Assembly (NCBI GenBank): GCA_018920315.1
Contig: JAHLMP010000004.1
Location: 2,753 to 64,116, forward strand
Direction: 5' to 3'
Length of the DNA: 61,364 bases
Source of the DNA: Candidatus Aenigmatarchaeota archaeon
GTDB taxonomy: Archaea > Aenigmatarchaeota > Aenigmatarchaeia > GW2011-AR5 > JAHLMP01
The notes under the pieces: generated by a model
What the model saw: the letters and a program-made list of their open reading frames with translations, nothing else
Databases searched by the model: none
Told to the model about the DNA's origin: nothing
In this document: positions 20,615 to 30,001 of the stretch, one piece after another
Layout: each line of letters opens with the position of its first letter
How positions within the stretch are numbered: the stretch's first letter is position 1
Made by a program: the position numbers and the translations under genes

Positions 20615-21889
20615 ATGGAAAAAACTTCAGATATTTCTGGATTTTACAACCTTTCAATAGAAGAAAGATTAAAAATTCTCAAAGATTTTTGTAATTTAAC
20701 TGATGATGACATCAACCTCCTTAAAAATGCTGGCGCTTTGAGTTTAGATATTGCAAATAGAATGATTGAAAATGTAATTGGTGTGCAACATCTACCTTTT
20801 GGAATAGCAACACACTTTTTGATAAATGGGAAAGAGTATTTTATTCCAATGGCAATAGAAGAGCCTAGCGTTGTTGCGGCAGCAAGCTATGCTGCAAAAT
20901 TAGCAAGAGCTGGCGGTGGTTTTATAGCAAAGGCAAGCGATTCTTTAATGATTGGTCAGATTCAAATAATAAACATAAAAGATATTGAAAATGCGAAGAA
21001 AAAAATAATAGAAAAAAAGGAAGAGCTTATAAAAATGGCTAATGAGACAAATCCTACCTTAATAAGTTATGGTGGTGGAGCAAAAGATATTGAAGTAAGA
21101 GAGCTTGAAACTATAAGAGGAAAGATGTTAATTTTACATCTTATTGTTAATGTAGCTGATGCGATGGGAGCTAATATAATAAATACGATGTGTGAAGCTA
21201 TTGCAAAAAGAATAGAAGAGCTTGTAGAAGGAAAAGTTAGATTAAGAATTATTTCAAATCTTGCTACAAAAAGAATTGTAAGAGCAAAAGCTGTTTGGAA
21301 AAAAGAGGTTGTTGGTGAGGAAGTTATTGAAGGTGTTCTAGATGCTTATGCCTTTGCCTTAGCAGACGAATATAGAGCAACTACTCATAACAAAGGAATA
21401 ATGAATGGGATAGATGCTGTAGCTTTAGCTTGTGCACAAGACTGGCGAGCTATAGAGGCTGGAGCTCATGCTTATGCTTCTCTTTCCGGAAGATATCTTC
21501 CTTTAACAAAATATAGAAAGGATGAAGAAGGAAATCTTGTTGGAGAGATAGAATTGCCGTTACAAGTTGGAATAGTTGGTGGTGCAACAAGAACAAATGA
21601 AATAGCAAAAATCGCATTAAAAATATTAGGCGTAAGTAGCGCTAAAGAGCTTGCCGAAGTGATGGCAAGCGTTGGCCTTGCTCAAAACTTTGCTGCTTTA
21701 AGAGCATTAGCAACAGAAGGTATCCAACGCGGACATATGGAGCTTCATGCAAGAAACCTTGCGATAATGACTGGGGCAAAATTAAATCTTGTTGATAAGG
21801 TTGTAGAAATAATGATAAAAGAAGGGAATATAAGTTTTGAAAACGCTAAAAGGATTTTAAGCGAAATACAAAAAAGTAAAAATGTTTAA
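20615..21889 (+). CDS. mvaA: Hydroxymethylglutaryl-CoA reductase, class II
   Basis: MIENVIG, EEPSVVAAAS, DAMGAN, THNKGIMNG, GIQRGHMELH. Confidence 0.95.
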   Translation: MEKTSDISGFYNLSIEERLKILKDFCNLTDDDINLLKNAGALSLDIANRMIENVIGVQHLPFGIATHFLINGKEYFIPMAIEEPSVVAAASYAAKLARAGGGFIAKASDSLMIGQIQIINIKDIENAKKKIIEKKEELIKMANETNPTLISYGGGAKDIEVRELETIRGKMLILHLIVNVADAMGANIINTMCEAIAKRIEELVEGKVRLRIISNLATKRIVRAKAVWKKEVVGEEVIEGVLDAYAFALADEYRATTHNKGIMNGIDAVALACAQDWRAIEAGAHAYASLSGRYLPLTKYRKDEEGNLVGEIELPLQVGIVGGATRTNEIAKIALKILGVSSAKELAEVMASVGLAQNFAALRALATEGIQRGHMELHARNLAIMTGAKLNLVDKVVEIMIKEGNISFENAKRILSEIQKSKNV

Positions 21890-21941
21890 AAAAATTAGAG
21901 TGTAAAGATATTAACAATTTTAGAAAGAAAAGGCGAGATAA

Positions 21942-22340
21942 ATGGAAGAGGGAGAAACAAAAATTACTGAAATAAAAAAATGTAATCCGGGGTCTTTTGT
22001 AATAATAGAGAATGAACCATCTACCGTAGTGGATTTAAAAATTTCCAAAACAGGAAAACATGGAGATGCTAAAGCAAGATTAGAAGCTATAGGCATTTTT
22101 GATGCTCAAAAAAGGGTAATTGTAAAACCAGCTGACGAGCAGATAAAAGTTCCGATAATAGAAAAGGTGAATGCTCAAGTACTATCTATAAGCGGAGACT
22201 ATGCACAAGTGATGGATATGTCAAACTTCTCTACTTATGAAGTTAAGATACCAGAAGAATTTAAGGAAAAGATTAAAGAAGGTGATGAGGTTCTTATCTG
22301 GAAGTTTGGTAAAAAAATGATAATAAAATCGCTAAAATAA
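21942..22340 (+). CDS. eif5a: Translation factor aIF-5A
   Basis: Hypusination motif SKTGKHG. Confidence 0.95.
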   Translation: MEEGETKITEIKKCNPGSFVIIENEPSTVVDLKISKTGKHGDAKARLEAIGIFDAQKRVIVKPADEQIKVPIIEKVNAQVLSISGDYAQVMDMSNFSTYEVKIPEEFKEKIKEGDEVLIWKFGKKMIIKSLK

Positions 22341-22365
22341 TTTTAAGAGAAAAATAGGTGATAGG

Positions 22366-22857
22366 TTGAAAGTAATTCTTGGAATAGATCCGGGTGTTAT
22401 AACAGGGATTGCAATAATAGATCTTAAACTTGAAAAAATTGTTGTAAAAAGTGAAAGAAATTTTTCAAAGGATGATATAATAAATTTTGTTCTTAATTTT
22501 GGAGAACCTATAATTGTTGCATGCGATGTTTCAAATCCACCAAAAGCTGTAAGAAGGATAGCAAGCGTTTTTGGAGCAAAGCTTATTTATCCTAGAAAAA
22601 ATTTAGATAGAAAAAGAAAGGAAAAGATAATAAGAAGATTCTCAAAATATGTTAAAAATAATCATGAAAGAGACGCTTTAGCAAGCTCTTTATTTGCATA
22701 TAATAAAATAATTCATATTATCAAAAAAGTAGAAAAAATTGTAGATGATGAAAAAATACTTGAGCAGGTTTCGGCGAAAATAATAAAGGAAAAAAGAATA
22801 GGAAATATTAAGCAAGTTTTATTAAAGATTAAAAATTCAGAGAACTCTAAAAATTAA
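22366..22857 (+). CDS. DUF460-like RNase H-fold protein
   Basis: ILGIDPG, PIIVACDV, HERDALA. Confidence 0.8.
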   Translation: MKVILGIDPGVITGIAIIDLKLEKIVVKSERNFSKDDIINFVLNFGEPIIVACDVSNPPKAVRRIASVFGAKLIYPRKNLDRKRKEKIIRRFSKYVKNNHERDALASSLFAYNKIIHIIKKVEKIVDDEKILEQVSAKIIKEKRIGNIKQVLLKIKNSENSKN

Positions 22858-22863
22858 TAAAAT

Positions 22864-22978
22864 GGGCCGATGGTCTAATGGCATGACGCAGCTTCGGCGA
22901 AGCTGAGATTGGGGGTTCGAATTCAAAAATATTTGGGTTAGATTAAAAAATAGAAAGAAGAAAATCCCCCTCGGTCCA
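22864..22978 (+). tRNA. tRNA-Ala(GGC) with a 43-nt T-loop intron (59/60 at 22922-22964)
   Basis: Acceptor GGGCCGA/TCGGTCC-A with the G3:U70 Ala determinant; anticodon arm CAGCT-TCGGCGA-AGCTG; T arm GGGGG-TTCGAAT-CCCCC after intron removal. Confidence 0.88.
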
Positions 22979-23022
22979 TAAATATCTAAAATTTTCGTTA
23001 AACTAATTTTAAAGGTCTTTTT

Positions 23023-23520
23023 ATGTTTTACGCAACGCTTTGTGAGATAATAAAAGATGGAAAAATTTTATTGAAAAAAGCATCAAGAGGCGTTAGTAAA
23101 GGAAAATGGAATGGATTGGGAGGAAAGATAGAAAATAATGAAAGCGTTATTGAAAATTTAATTAGAGAAGTTAAAGAAGAAGCTGATATTATAATAAAGA
23201 ATCCAAGGTATCATGGAAAGATAAAATTCTTTCAAGGTAATAGAGAAAAAATTTTCGGAATAGTTTATATATTTTCTGCAAATTATTTTGAAGGAAAAAT
23301 TAGAGAAAGTGAGGAAGGTGAGCTTAGATGGTTTTCCTTAGATGAAATTCCTTTTCATGAAATGTGGCAAGACGATGCGATTTGGCTTCCATTAGTTCTT
23401 GAGGGCAAGAAATTCTTAGCTGAGTTTCTATTTGATGAAGAGATGAAAAGGATATTAGATTATAGGATAAAATTATTAGAAGGAAAAATAGAAAATGATG
23501 AAAGATGCAAAACATACTAA
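23023..23520 (+). CDS. Nudix hydrolase (8-oxo-dGTP diphosphatase, MTH1-like)
   Basis: WNGLGGKIE...REVKEE Nudix box; MWQDDAIWLP. Confidence 0.88.
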   Translation: MFYATLCEIIKDGKILLKKASRGVSKGKWNGLGGKIENNESVIENLIREVKEEADIIIKNPRYHGKIKFFQGNREKIFGIVYIFSANYFEGKIRESEEGELRWFSLDEIPFHEMWQDDAIWLPLVLEGKKFLAEFLFDEEMKRILDYRIKLLEGKIENDERCKTY

Positions 23521-23957
23521 ATGAAACCATTGCGATAATAATCTTAAGCGTAATGCCAATAAGCGAATTGCGTGGAAGCATACCATTAGGATTGCAACTT
23601 GGTTTAAACCCAATTTTTGTATTTCTAATTTCAATAATATTCAACGCTTTAGTTTTCTTTCCAATATACTTTGGATTAGAGCTATTCTATCATAGATTCT
23701 TTTATCGCTTTAAATTTGTTAACAAATGCTTGGAGAGGATTTCAAAACATAAAGATAAGATTGACAAATATGGTTTTTTTGGATTAGTCATTCTTGTTGC
23801 AATACCTTTACCATTTACAGGAGCATGGACAGGCTCTGGATTATCTTGGTTGTTAAGATTAGAGTGGAAGAAAAGTTTTTTCGCAATATTTATTGGAGTA
23901 TTGATTGCTGGGATTGTTGTATTGTTAATTTCTCTAAGCATTTTGAAAATATTTTAG
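23505..23957 (+). CDS. Small multidrug export family membrane protein (COG2426)
   Basis: PISELRGSIP and VAIPLPFTGAWTG motifs. Confidence 0.85.
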   Translation: MQNILNETIAIIILSVMPISELRGSIPLGLQLGLNPIFVFLISIIFNALVFFPIYFGLELFYHRFFYRFKFVNKCLERISKHKDKIDKYGFFGLVILVAIPLPFTGAWTGSGLSWLLRLEWKKSFFAIFIGVLIAGIVVLLISLSILKIF

Positions 23958-23963
23958 AAGTTA

Positions 23964-25088
23964 CTATTTTTTAATATTCTTTACCTCATTTTTTTGCATC
24001 CATCTTGCTCCTTTGATAGGAATTTTATTTTTGCAATTTGGACAAAAGAATCTTGAGCCCTTTCTTTCAATATTAATTTCTTCAACAAAAAATCCAAATC
24101 TTCTTATTAATAATTCTTTACATCTTGGACAATATGTATTTTCTTTTTCATGTCTAACGTTCCCGATATAAACATAATCCAAATAGTCTTCTGCTATTTT
24201 TGCTGCTTTTTCAAGTGTTTCTACTGGAGTTGGCATCGCGTGCATCTTATAAGCTGGATAGTAAGCAGAAAAATGCAGAGGAGTTTCTTTGCCTAAATTC
24301 TCTCTTATCCATCTTACCATCTCTAGAATAATATCTTTGCTATCATTGTAGCCAGGAATTACAAGATTTGTTATTTCTATCCAGACGCCTAGCTTTTTAT
24401 AAAGCTTTAAGGAATTTTGCACTGGCTCTAAGCTAGCGTTACAAACATTTTTATAGAATTTTTCATCTCCTTTGTAATCTATATTTATTGCATGCAAATA
24501 CTTTGCCATTAACTTTATTGGTTCTTCGTTTGTATAGCCATTAGAAACCCAAACATTGTAATATCCTTTTTTAAAAGCTATTTTCATTGTCTCATATGCA
24601 AACTCAAACATTATTGTTGGCTCTGTGTAAGTGTAAGCAACACCCTGAGCTATTTTTTCTTTTTGAGAAGATTTTTTATTAATATCATCGAGAGTATTAA
24701 CAATTTCATTTGGTAGCATATCCTCTCCAAAAACATCTTTTGCTTGCGATATTTCCCAATTCTGACAAAATAGACAAGCAAGGTTGCAACCAACTGTAGC
24801 AAATGATAAGCATTTTGTTGCTGGTGCAAACATAAACAAAGGCTTTTTTTCAATAGGATCTATATTTATAGAGCAAACCTTTCCATAAACAAGAGAATAA
24901 AGCTTTCCATCAATATTTTTTCTTGCTCTACAAAATCCTTTCTCATTACTATTTATTACGCAAAACCTTGGGCAAAGTTGGCACTGAACTATTTTATTTT
25001 TTAGCTCCTTCCAGAACAAAGCCTCTTTTAATTTCTTTTCTTCTCTTGATTTTTCTTCATTTCTTTTTTCTTTGTTAATTTCTTCCAT
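23964..25088 (-). CDS. amrS: AmmeMemoRadiSam-system radical SAM enzyme (PflA-like)
   Basis: CQLCPRFC, DPIEKKPL, GCNLACLFCQNWEISQ, YTYTEPT. Confidence 0.88.
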   Translation of the reverse strand: MEEINKEKRNEEKSREEKKLKEALFWKELKNKIVQCQLCPRFCVINSNEKGFCRARKNIDGKLYSLVYGKVCSINIDPIEKKPLFMFAPATKCLSFATVGCNLACLFCQNWEISQAKDVFGEDMLPNEIVNTLDDINKKSSQKEKIAQGVAYTYTEPTIMFEFAYETMKIAFKKGYYNVWVSNGYTNEEPIKLMAKYLHAINIDYKGDEKFYKNVCNASLEPVQNSLKLYKKLGVWIEITNLVIPGYNDSKDIILEMVRWIRENLGKETPLHFSAYYPAYKMHAMPTPVETLEKAAKIAEDYLDYVYIGNVRHEKENTYCPRCKELLIRRFGFFVEEINIERKGSRFFCPNCKNKIPIKGARWMQKNEVKNIKK

Positions 25089-25163
25089 TATATTTATTAA
25101 TTTTTCAAAATAATAAAAAAGAATTCAAAATTGAAAATTTTGCGCAAGAAACTTTTTCAAATT

Positions 25164-26210
25164 TTATCCACATTGTGCACTTCCTGAGCTTCCGCTACTT
25201 TTTCCAATAGGCCCAAAGCCTGGCGACTCTACTACTGTGCTCATTGTAAAGTTGCATTCATCTGGAGGATTTATAAATGCTGAGCAAATCACTTCTTTTA
25301 TTGCATTCGCTGATCTTGTTACACTTACTTCTTTACCATTTACAACAAATGTTGGAGAACCGCCTACATTATACTTATTTACTAATTCATCATCTACAGG
25401 AAATCTTGGAAATCTTCCATTTAGCCATGTGCTTTGATTGTTGTAAAGCTTTGTAATGTTAAACTTTTCATCGGTTGCTGCAATGCAAGAATTTAACTTG
25501 TTTTTATCAATGTTGGTTTCGTTCACGCATTTCGTTGAATTTCCACTTTCTACGAAGCATCTTATGAATTTTGTTAGCTTATCTCTCTGCTCTTTTTGTA
25601 TGCAATAAATTACTAAGTTGTCGTCAAGCTCTTCCTTTCCATGCATTATATAATTTACGAAGTTAATGCTCAACGATGCCTTATCTTTTAATGCTTCCAT
25701 TACTTGTACATATGCTTTTAAGAACTGCACTCCATAAGGACAATGGCTCATTATAAACACATTAGCTTCTGGCTTTTCTTTCTTTTCAACTATTTCTTCT
25801 GTTCTATTTTCCTCTTCAACACTCAATAGGTTTTCTGTGTTTATTGCTTGTGGAATAAAATATTTTCCATCCTTTGATACAAAATAGGTGTATGTGTCTT
25901 CTCCCAAAGAGCTAGAAATCTTAACAGTAAATTGATATAAGCCGCTCTCGCTCTCGCTTACATTTACTAGAGTAAGTGTTGCATCAATACCATTTGCCTT
26001 AAAATAACTTTCTATCCACTTTATTGCTTTATTGCTTGCATCTTGTGGAGAAAGTATATTATATCCTGTAGCACCAACACTTGGTCTAAAAAAGAAAATA
26101 GCTACTGTAATTATTGCTAACAAAATCGTTGAGAGCATCCATATATTAATAGTTATAGTTTTCTCACTTCTCTTTTCGGCTTCTCTTTCTTCCTTAGATT
26201 TTTCTTTCAT
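25164..26210 (-). CDS. Membrane-anchored thioredoxin-fold (GILT/DsbA-like) protein
   Basis: N-terminal TM helix, FIMSHCPYG, MHGKEE, VGGSPTFVVNG, several further Cys. Confidence 0.7.
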   Translation of the reverse strand: MKEKSKEEREAEKRSEKTITINIWMLSTILLAIITVAIFFFRPSVGATGYNILSPQDASNKAIKWIESYFKANGIDATLTLVNVSESESGLYQFTVKISSSLGEDTYTYFVSKDGKYFIPQAINTENLLSVEEENRTEEIVEKKEKPEANVFIMSHCPYGVQFLKAYVQVMEALKDKASLSINFVNYIMHGKEELDDNLVIYCIQKEQRDKLTKFIRCFVESGNSTKCVNETNIDKNKLNSCIAATDEKFNITKLYNNQSTWLNGRFPRFPVDDELVNKYNVGGSPTFVVNGKEVSVTRSANAIKEVICSAFINPPDECNFTMSTVVESPGFGPIGKSSGSSGSAQCG

Positions 26211-26354
26211 TTATATCCCCTTTACCATTATTAAGATATAACAAAACTTTAAAAATTTAACTAAATCGCTAATATGCGAATAGAAAATTTATTTTAAATC
26301 TAATCCAATAATGAATTATGAATGTTTTCAAAATAGAATTTTTGAATAATAAAT

Positions 26355-26479
26355 GCGACTGTGGTCTAGAGCTAAGGCAGAGAATGGTAGGACACGAGCC
26401 CCCCATTAGCAAGAGGAAAGCTCGTGACCCGGGTTCGAACCTTTAGTTTAATAGCAAAGCGAAAGTCCCGGCAGTCGCA
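26355..26479 (+). tRNA. tRNA-Gly(CCC) with three introns (15/16 at 26370-26384; 37/38 at 26406-26418; 59/60 at 26440-26465)
   Basis: Acceptor GCGACTG/CAGTCGC-A; spliced D arm GTCTAGTGGTAGGAC, anticodon arm CGAGC-CCCCCAA-GCTCG, T arm CCGGG-TTCGAAT-CCCGG. Confidence 0.88.
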
Positions 26480-26545
26480 TTTATATTTTTAAGCATTCGT
26501 AGCAAATCAAATTTTAGTCTTTAATTATTTTCAAGAGTTAAAGAG

Positions 26546-27751
26546 GTGATAACAGTAAAAGAAGAGAAGAAGATTGGAATCCCAGAAGTAAATATAGGAA
26601 CTTTTGGACATGTAGATCATGGAAAAACAACATTAGTAGAGGCTTTAACAGGAAAACGTACAGATGTTCATTCTGAAGAGCAAAAAAGAGGGATAACTAT
26701 ACGCTTGGGTTATGCAAATGCAAACTTTTATTTCTGCGAGACTTGTGGCTATTTCTCATCTCCTTTAATTCTGTATGCATGTCCAAATTGTGGTGCTCCA
26801 TGCAAATATCTCAGAACTGTATCTTTTGTAGATGCTCCTGGTCATGAGATGCTTACTGCAACAGTATTAGCTGCAACCTCACTCGTAGATGGAGCTTTGC
26901 TTGTAATAGATGCTAAAGAAGGAATAATGGAGCAAACAAAAGAGCATTTAATGGCTTTGAACATAGCAAATGTAAAAAATATAGTAATCATTCAAAATAA
27001 AATAGACCTTGTATCTGAAGAAAAAGCAAAAAAGAATTATGAAGAGATAAAGAATTTTGTAAAGGGCACTGTAGCTGAGAATGCTCCTATTATTCCTATT
27101 TCAGCGCAAAGAAAGATAAATATAAACTTTGTTGTTGAGGCTATTGAAGAGAAAATTCCTACACCAGAAAGAAAGATTGGAGAACCAAAATTTTTGATAG
27201 GAAGAAGTTTTGATGTTAATAAGCCTGGAACAAAAGTAAAGGAACTTAAAGGCGGGGTAATAGGCGGCTCGCTCTCAAGAGGAAGAATTAGAATAAACGA
27301 TGAGATAGAGATAAGGCCTGGATTATTAATTAAAGATGAATGGAAAAGCATTATAACAAAGGTTGTTAGCATAAGACATGGAGATGTTGAAGTAGAAGAG
27401 TGTTCACCAGGAGGTCTTGTAGGAATAATGACAACCTTAGATCCTTCGCTAACAAAAGCAGACTCTTTAGCTGGACAAATTGCAGGAAAAAATCTTCCTG
27501 ATATAACTTCAAATGTAGAAGTTCAAATTAGGTTAGTTAAGGATGTTAAACTTTCTAAAGGAGAAAATATAATAGTTATTCATGGAGTTACAAAAACATT
27601 GGGAATAATAGAAAACATAAAAAAAGATGATAAAATTCAAATAAGCCTTAAAATACCCATATGCGTAGAAAAGAATGAAAGGATTGTAATATCTAAAATG
27701 ATTAACAATACTTGGCGCTTGGTTGGTTATGGAGAAATAATAAATATTTAG
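26546..27751 (+). CDS. eif2g: Translation initiation factor aIF-2 subunit gamma
   Basis: GHVDHGKT, RGITIRLGYA, DAPGHE, NKID, RSFDVNKPG. Confidence 0.96.
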   Translation: MITVKEEKKIGIPEVNIGTFGHVDHGKTTLVEALTGKRTDVHSEEQKRGITIRLGYANANFYFCETCGYFSSPLILYACPNCGAPCKYLRTVSFVDAPGHEMLTATVLAATSLVDGALLVIDAKEGIMEQTKEHLMALNIANVKNIVIIQNKIDLVSEEKAKKNYEEIKNFVKGTVAENAPIIPISAQRKININFVVEAIEEKIPTPERKIGEPKFLIGRSFDVNKPGTKVKELKGGVIGGSLSRGRIRINDEIEIRPGLLIKDEWKSIITKVVSIRHGDVEVEECSPGGLVGIMTTLDPSLTKADSLAGQIAGKNLPDITSNVEVQIRLVKDVKLSKGENIIVIHGVTKTLGIIENIKKDDKIQISLKIPICVEKNERIVISKMINNTWRLVGYGEIINI

Positions 27752-28017
27752 TGAGAGTTGTGAAATGTTGCTTTCCCGATAAGTATGTAAGTTAGAGAAA
27801 GTTCTAATAATTTTTAACATCTTGCTTTTTTCATTTTTCTTGCATTATCTTAGGAAATCGTAATAATATTTGAAGGCCCTTAGAAAACTATTAATTGAAA
27901 GAGCTTCCATAAAATTACCATTTCAACTATTAGCCAGAGAGAATAGAATTTTAATACAATTCCGAGTTATCTTCACTTTACACAATTTAATATATCACTT
28001 TATTTACTATCTCTAAT

Positions 28018-28839
28018 TTACAATATTCCGAAAATTTCCCTTCCTTTAAGTTCATGGGCATTAAAGCAAACATAGTTAGAATCTTTTTTAATGAATATAA
28101 TATTTCCTTTAACAGCTAGAACTATGCCTTCTATCTTTTCTTCTTTTTTTATTTTTATAAAATCTGGCTTAACGTTTTCCATAGCGTCTAAGTTATAATA
28201 TTTTCGTAAGTCATATATCACAAAATTTTCAAGATTTATTTTCAAAAATTCCGAATTCTTTATCTTATTTATCGCTTCAACTATAATTTTTATTGAGCTT
28301 ACTGGATTTACATAACTTTTTAAAAATTTCTTGTAACCACTAACCCTATCCTCAATCTTCAAATAATCTTTTATCTTTTGCTCGTATATTCTTGCAAGCT
28401 TTCCATCCTTAACCTTAGCGATAATTGCACCAAAATCTGCACCTTGCTCAATTAATCTATGTTTTACTCTCTGCTCTTGCGATATTCCAACTTTCAATAA
28501 ATTTCCAAAAAGTGCGATGTAAATGTTAAATTCTTTTTCCATGCATTCCTGTCTTTTCTCAAAATTTCTACAAATTCCTACACAAGAAGTACAAGGTAGA
28601 GTATCGTCTAACTTTTTACAAATTTCACATTGAAAAGAATTTTCTACTTTGTTATTTTTTGGACAATCGAAATGCATATTATTTTTAGTATATCCTATAC
28701 AATATCTATCGCCAATAGAAAAGCTTAAAGAATTGTATATTAATGGAATTACAAAATTTTCATTTTCATTTTTTATTACAAGCTCTGGTTCGTATTCATC
28801 ATCTATTCTTCTCCATCTGAAATCATTAACAATTAGCAT
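28018..28839 (-). CDS. DUF2797 family protein
   Basis: Cys-rich N-terminal half, KVGIS...RLIEQGA, KGN near the C-terminus. Confidence 0.75.
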   Translation of the reverse strand: MLIVNDFRWRRIDDEYEPELVIKNENENFVIPLIYNSLSFSIGDRYCIGYTKNNMHFDCPKNNKVENSFQCEICKKLDDTLPCTSCVGICRNFEKRQECMEKEFNIYIALFGNLLKVGISQEQRVKHRLIEQGADFGAIIAKVKDGKLARIYEQKIKDYLKIEDRVSGYKKFLKSYVNPVSSIKIIVEAINKIKNSEFLKINLENFVIYDLRKYYNLDAMENVKPDFIKIKKEEKIEGIVLAVKGNIIFIKKDSNYVCFNAHELKGREIFGIL

Positions 28840-28877
28840 GCAGATCTTTTTATAAATCTAAAATTAAAGCAAAATGT

Positions 28878-29984
28878 TTAAGGTAAAAAGTCTTGTTTCT
28901 CTATCTTTTCTGGAAGATAGTTCTCTGAAACAAATCTAAACCCTTTTGATGTTAAAGCTTCTAACTCAGCTTTATATCTCTTATTTATCATCATTTGCAA
29001 TTCCCTTTGCCAATGTGGGTGCTGAAACCATTTATAGTTCATTAATTCTTTTGCTCTTTTTATATCTTGCTCAGTAGCTTTTATGGTATATTTTTTCAAA
29101 TCATATTTTAAGATATCGCTCATTGTCAAGCCAATAAATTTTGCATTAGGCGTGGCTAACTTTTCAGAAGTGTGAGCAAGATTCATAGAGCCTGTTTTTA
29201 TTACTGAATATATATACCATCCATAAGCATCACAATCACAAAAAACATAAACAGGCAAATTAAATTCTTCGCTAAGCCTTTTTATCAATCTTCTTGTTCC
29301 TCTTGCTGCCTGTCCTTGAGCGCCTATGATAATGCAATTGTGTTCCTTCCAAAACTTATCCTCATTTAATCTTTCCCATGCAGCGTTTTTCTCTACAACT
29401 AAACAGAAGTCTGCATCTACTCGCTTGAATTCTATATTTTCTACATTACTTGGGATTGCCCAACCACCGCTTCCAAGCTTATCCCAATGAATAGTGTCAC
29501 CAGAATCTAAAATTGTTACTTTTCCTACGACTCTGCCACGAACATCTGCATTTAGATGTAGTTGCTCTCTTAGTAAATCAAGCATAACCTCCAAATCTTC
29601 TATTACAGCATCGCTCTCATTTTGCTCATCAAATGTATTCTCATCGCTATCTGGCAATGTTCTTTTTACTGCATAGAACATATCTCTTAGCGAGGTATGA
29701 ATATTTTCTTCAATAAGCTCTTTGCATTTGCTTGCAATAATTATCGTTTGCATGAATTTTTTGGCATGCGCAATATTGAGAAAATATCTTTTTGCTTTCT
29801 TTTCACCTAGCTTTAATAATTTAGTTTTTTCGTCATAGCAAACATTCGAAAGTGCTCTTATAGGAACTTCCAAGTAAGGATTTTCATTTTTCTCTATTTG
29901 CTGAAGAATTTTGAAACCTATATTTTCCAATTCTTTTTTAGGAGATTTTTTTATCTCGCTCTCCTTTTTTTCACTTTCGCTCAA
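28878..29984 (-). CDS. top6A: DNA topoisomerase VI subunit A
   Basis: SLRDMFY (catalytic Tyr), Toprim VEK...DCDAYG, AELEAL; TTG start with SD GAGGTGA. Confidence 0.95.
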   Translation of the reverse strand: MSESEKKESEIKKSPKKELENIGFKILQQIEKNENPYLEVPIRALSNVCYDEKTKLLKLGEKKAKRYFLNIAHAKKFMQTIIIASKCKELIEENIHTSLRDMFYAVKRTLPDSDENTFDEQNESDAVIEDLEVMLDLLREQLHLNADVRGRVVGKVTILDSGDTIHWDKLGSGGWAIPSNVENIEFKRVDADFCLVVEKNAAWERLNEDKFWKEHNCIIIGAQGQAARGTRRLIKRLSEEFNLPVYVFCDCDAYGWYIYSVIKTGSMNLAHTSEKLATPNAKFIGLTMSDILKYDLKKYTIKATEQDIKRAKELMNYKWFQHPHWQRELQMMINKRYKAELEALTSKGFRFVSENYLPEKIEKQDFLP

Positions 29985-30001
29985 AAAATCACCTCAAATT
30001 T

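Noticed and set aside
22893-22899. Reading the 22864 tRNA as Pro(CGG) to restore U33
   Set aside because: That register breaks the CAGCT/AGCTG stem, and the G3:U70 pair indicates Ala.
27752-28017. Unannotated 266-nt gap between convergent genes
   Set aside because: No convincing ORF, repeat or stable RNA structure found by eye.
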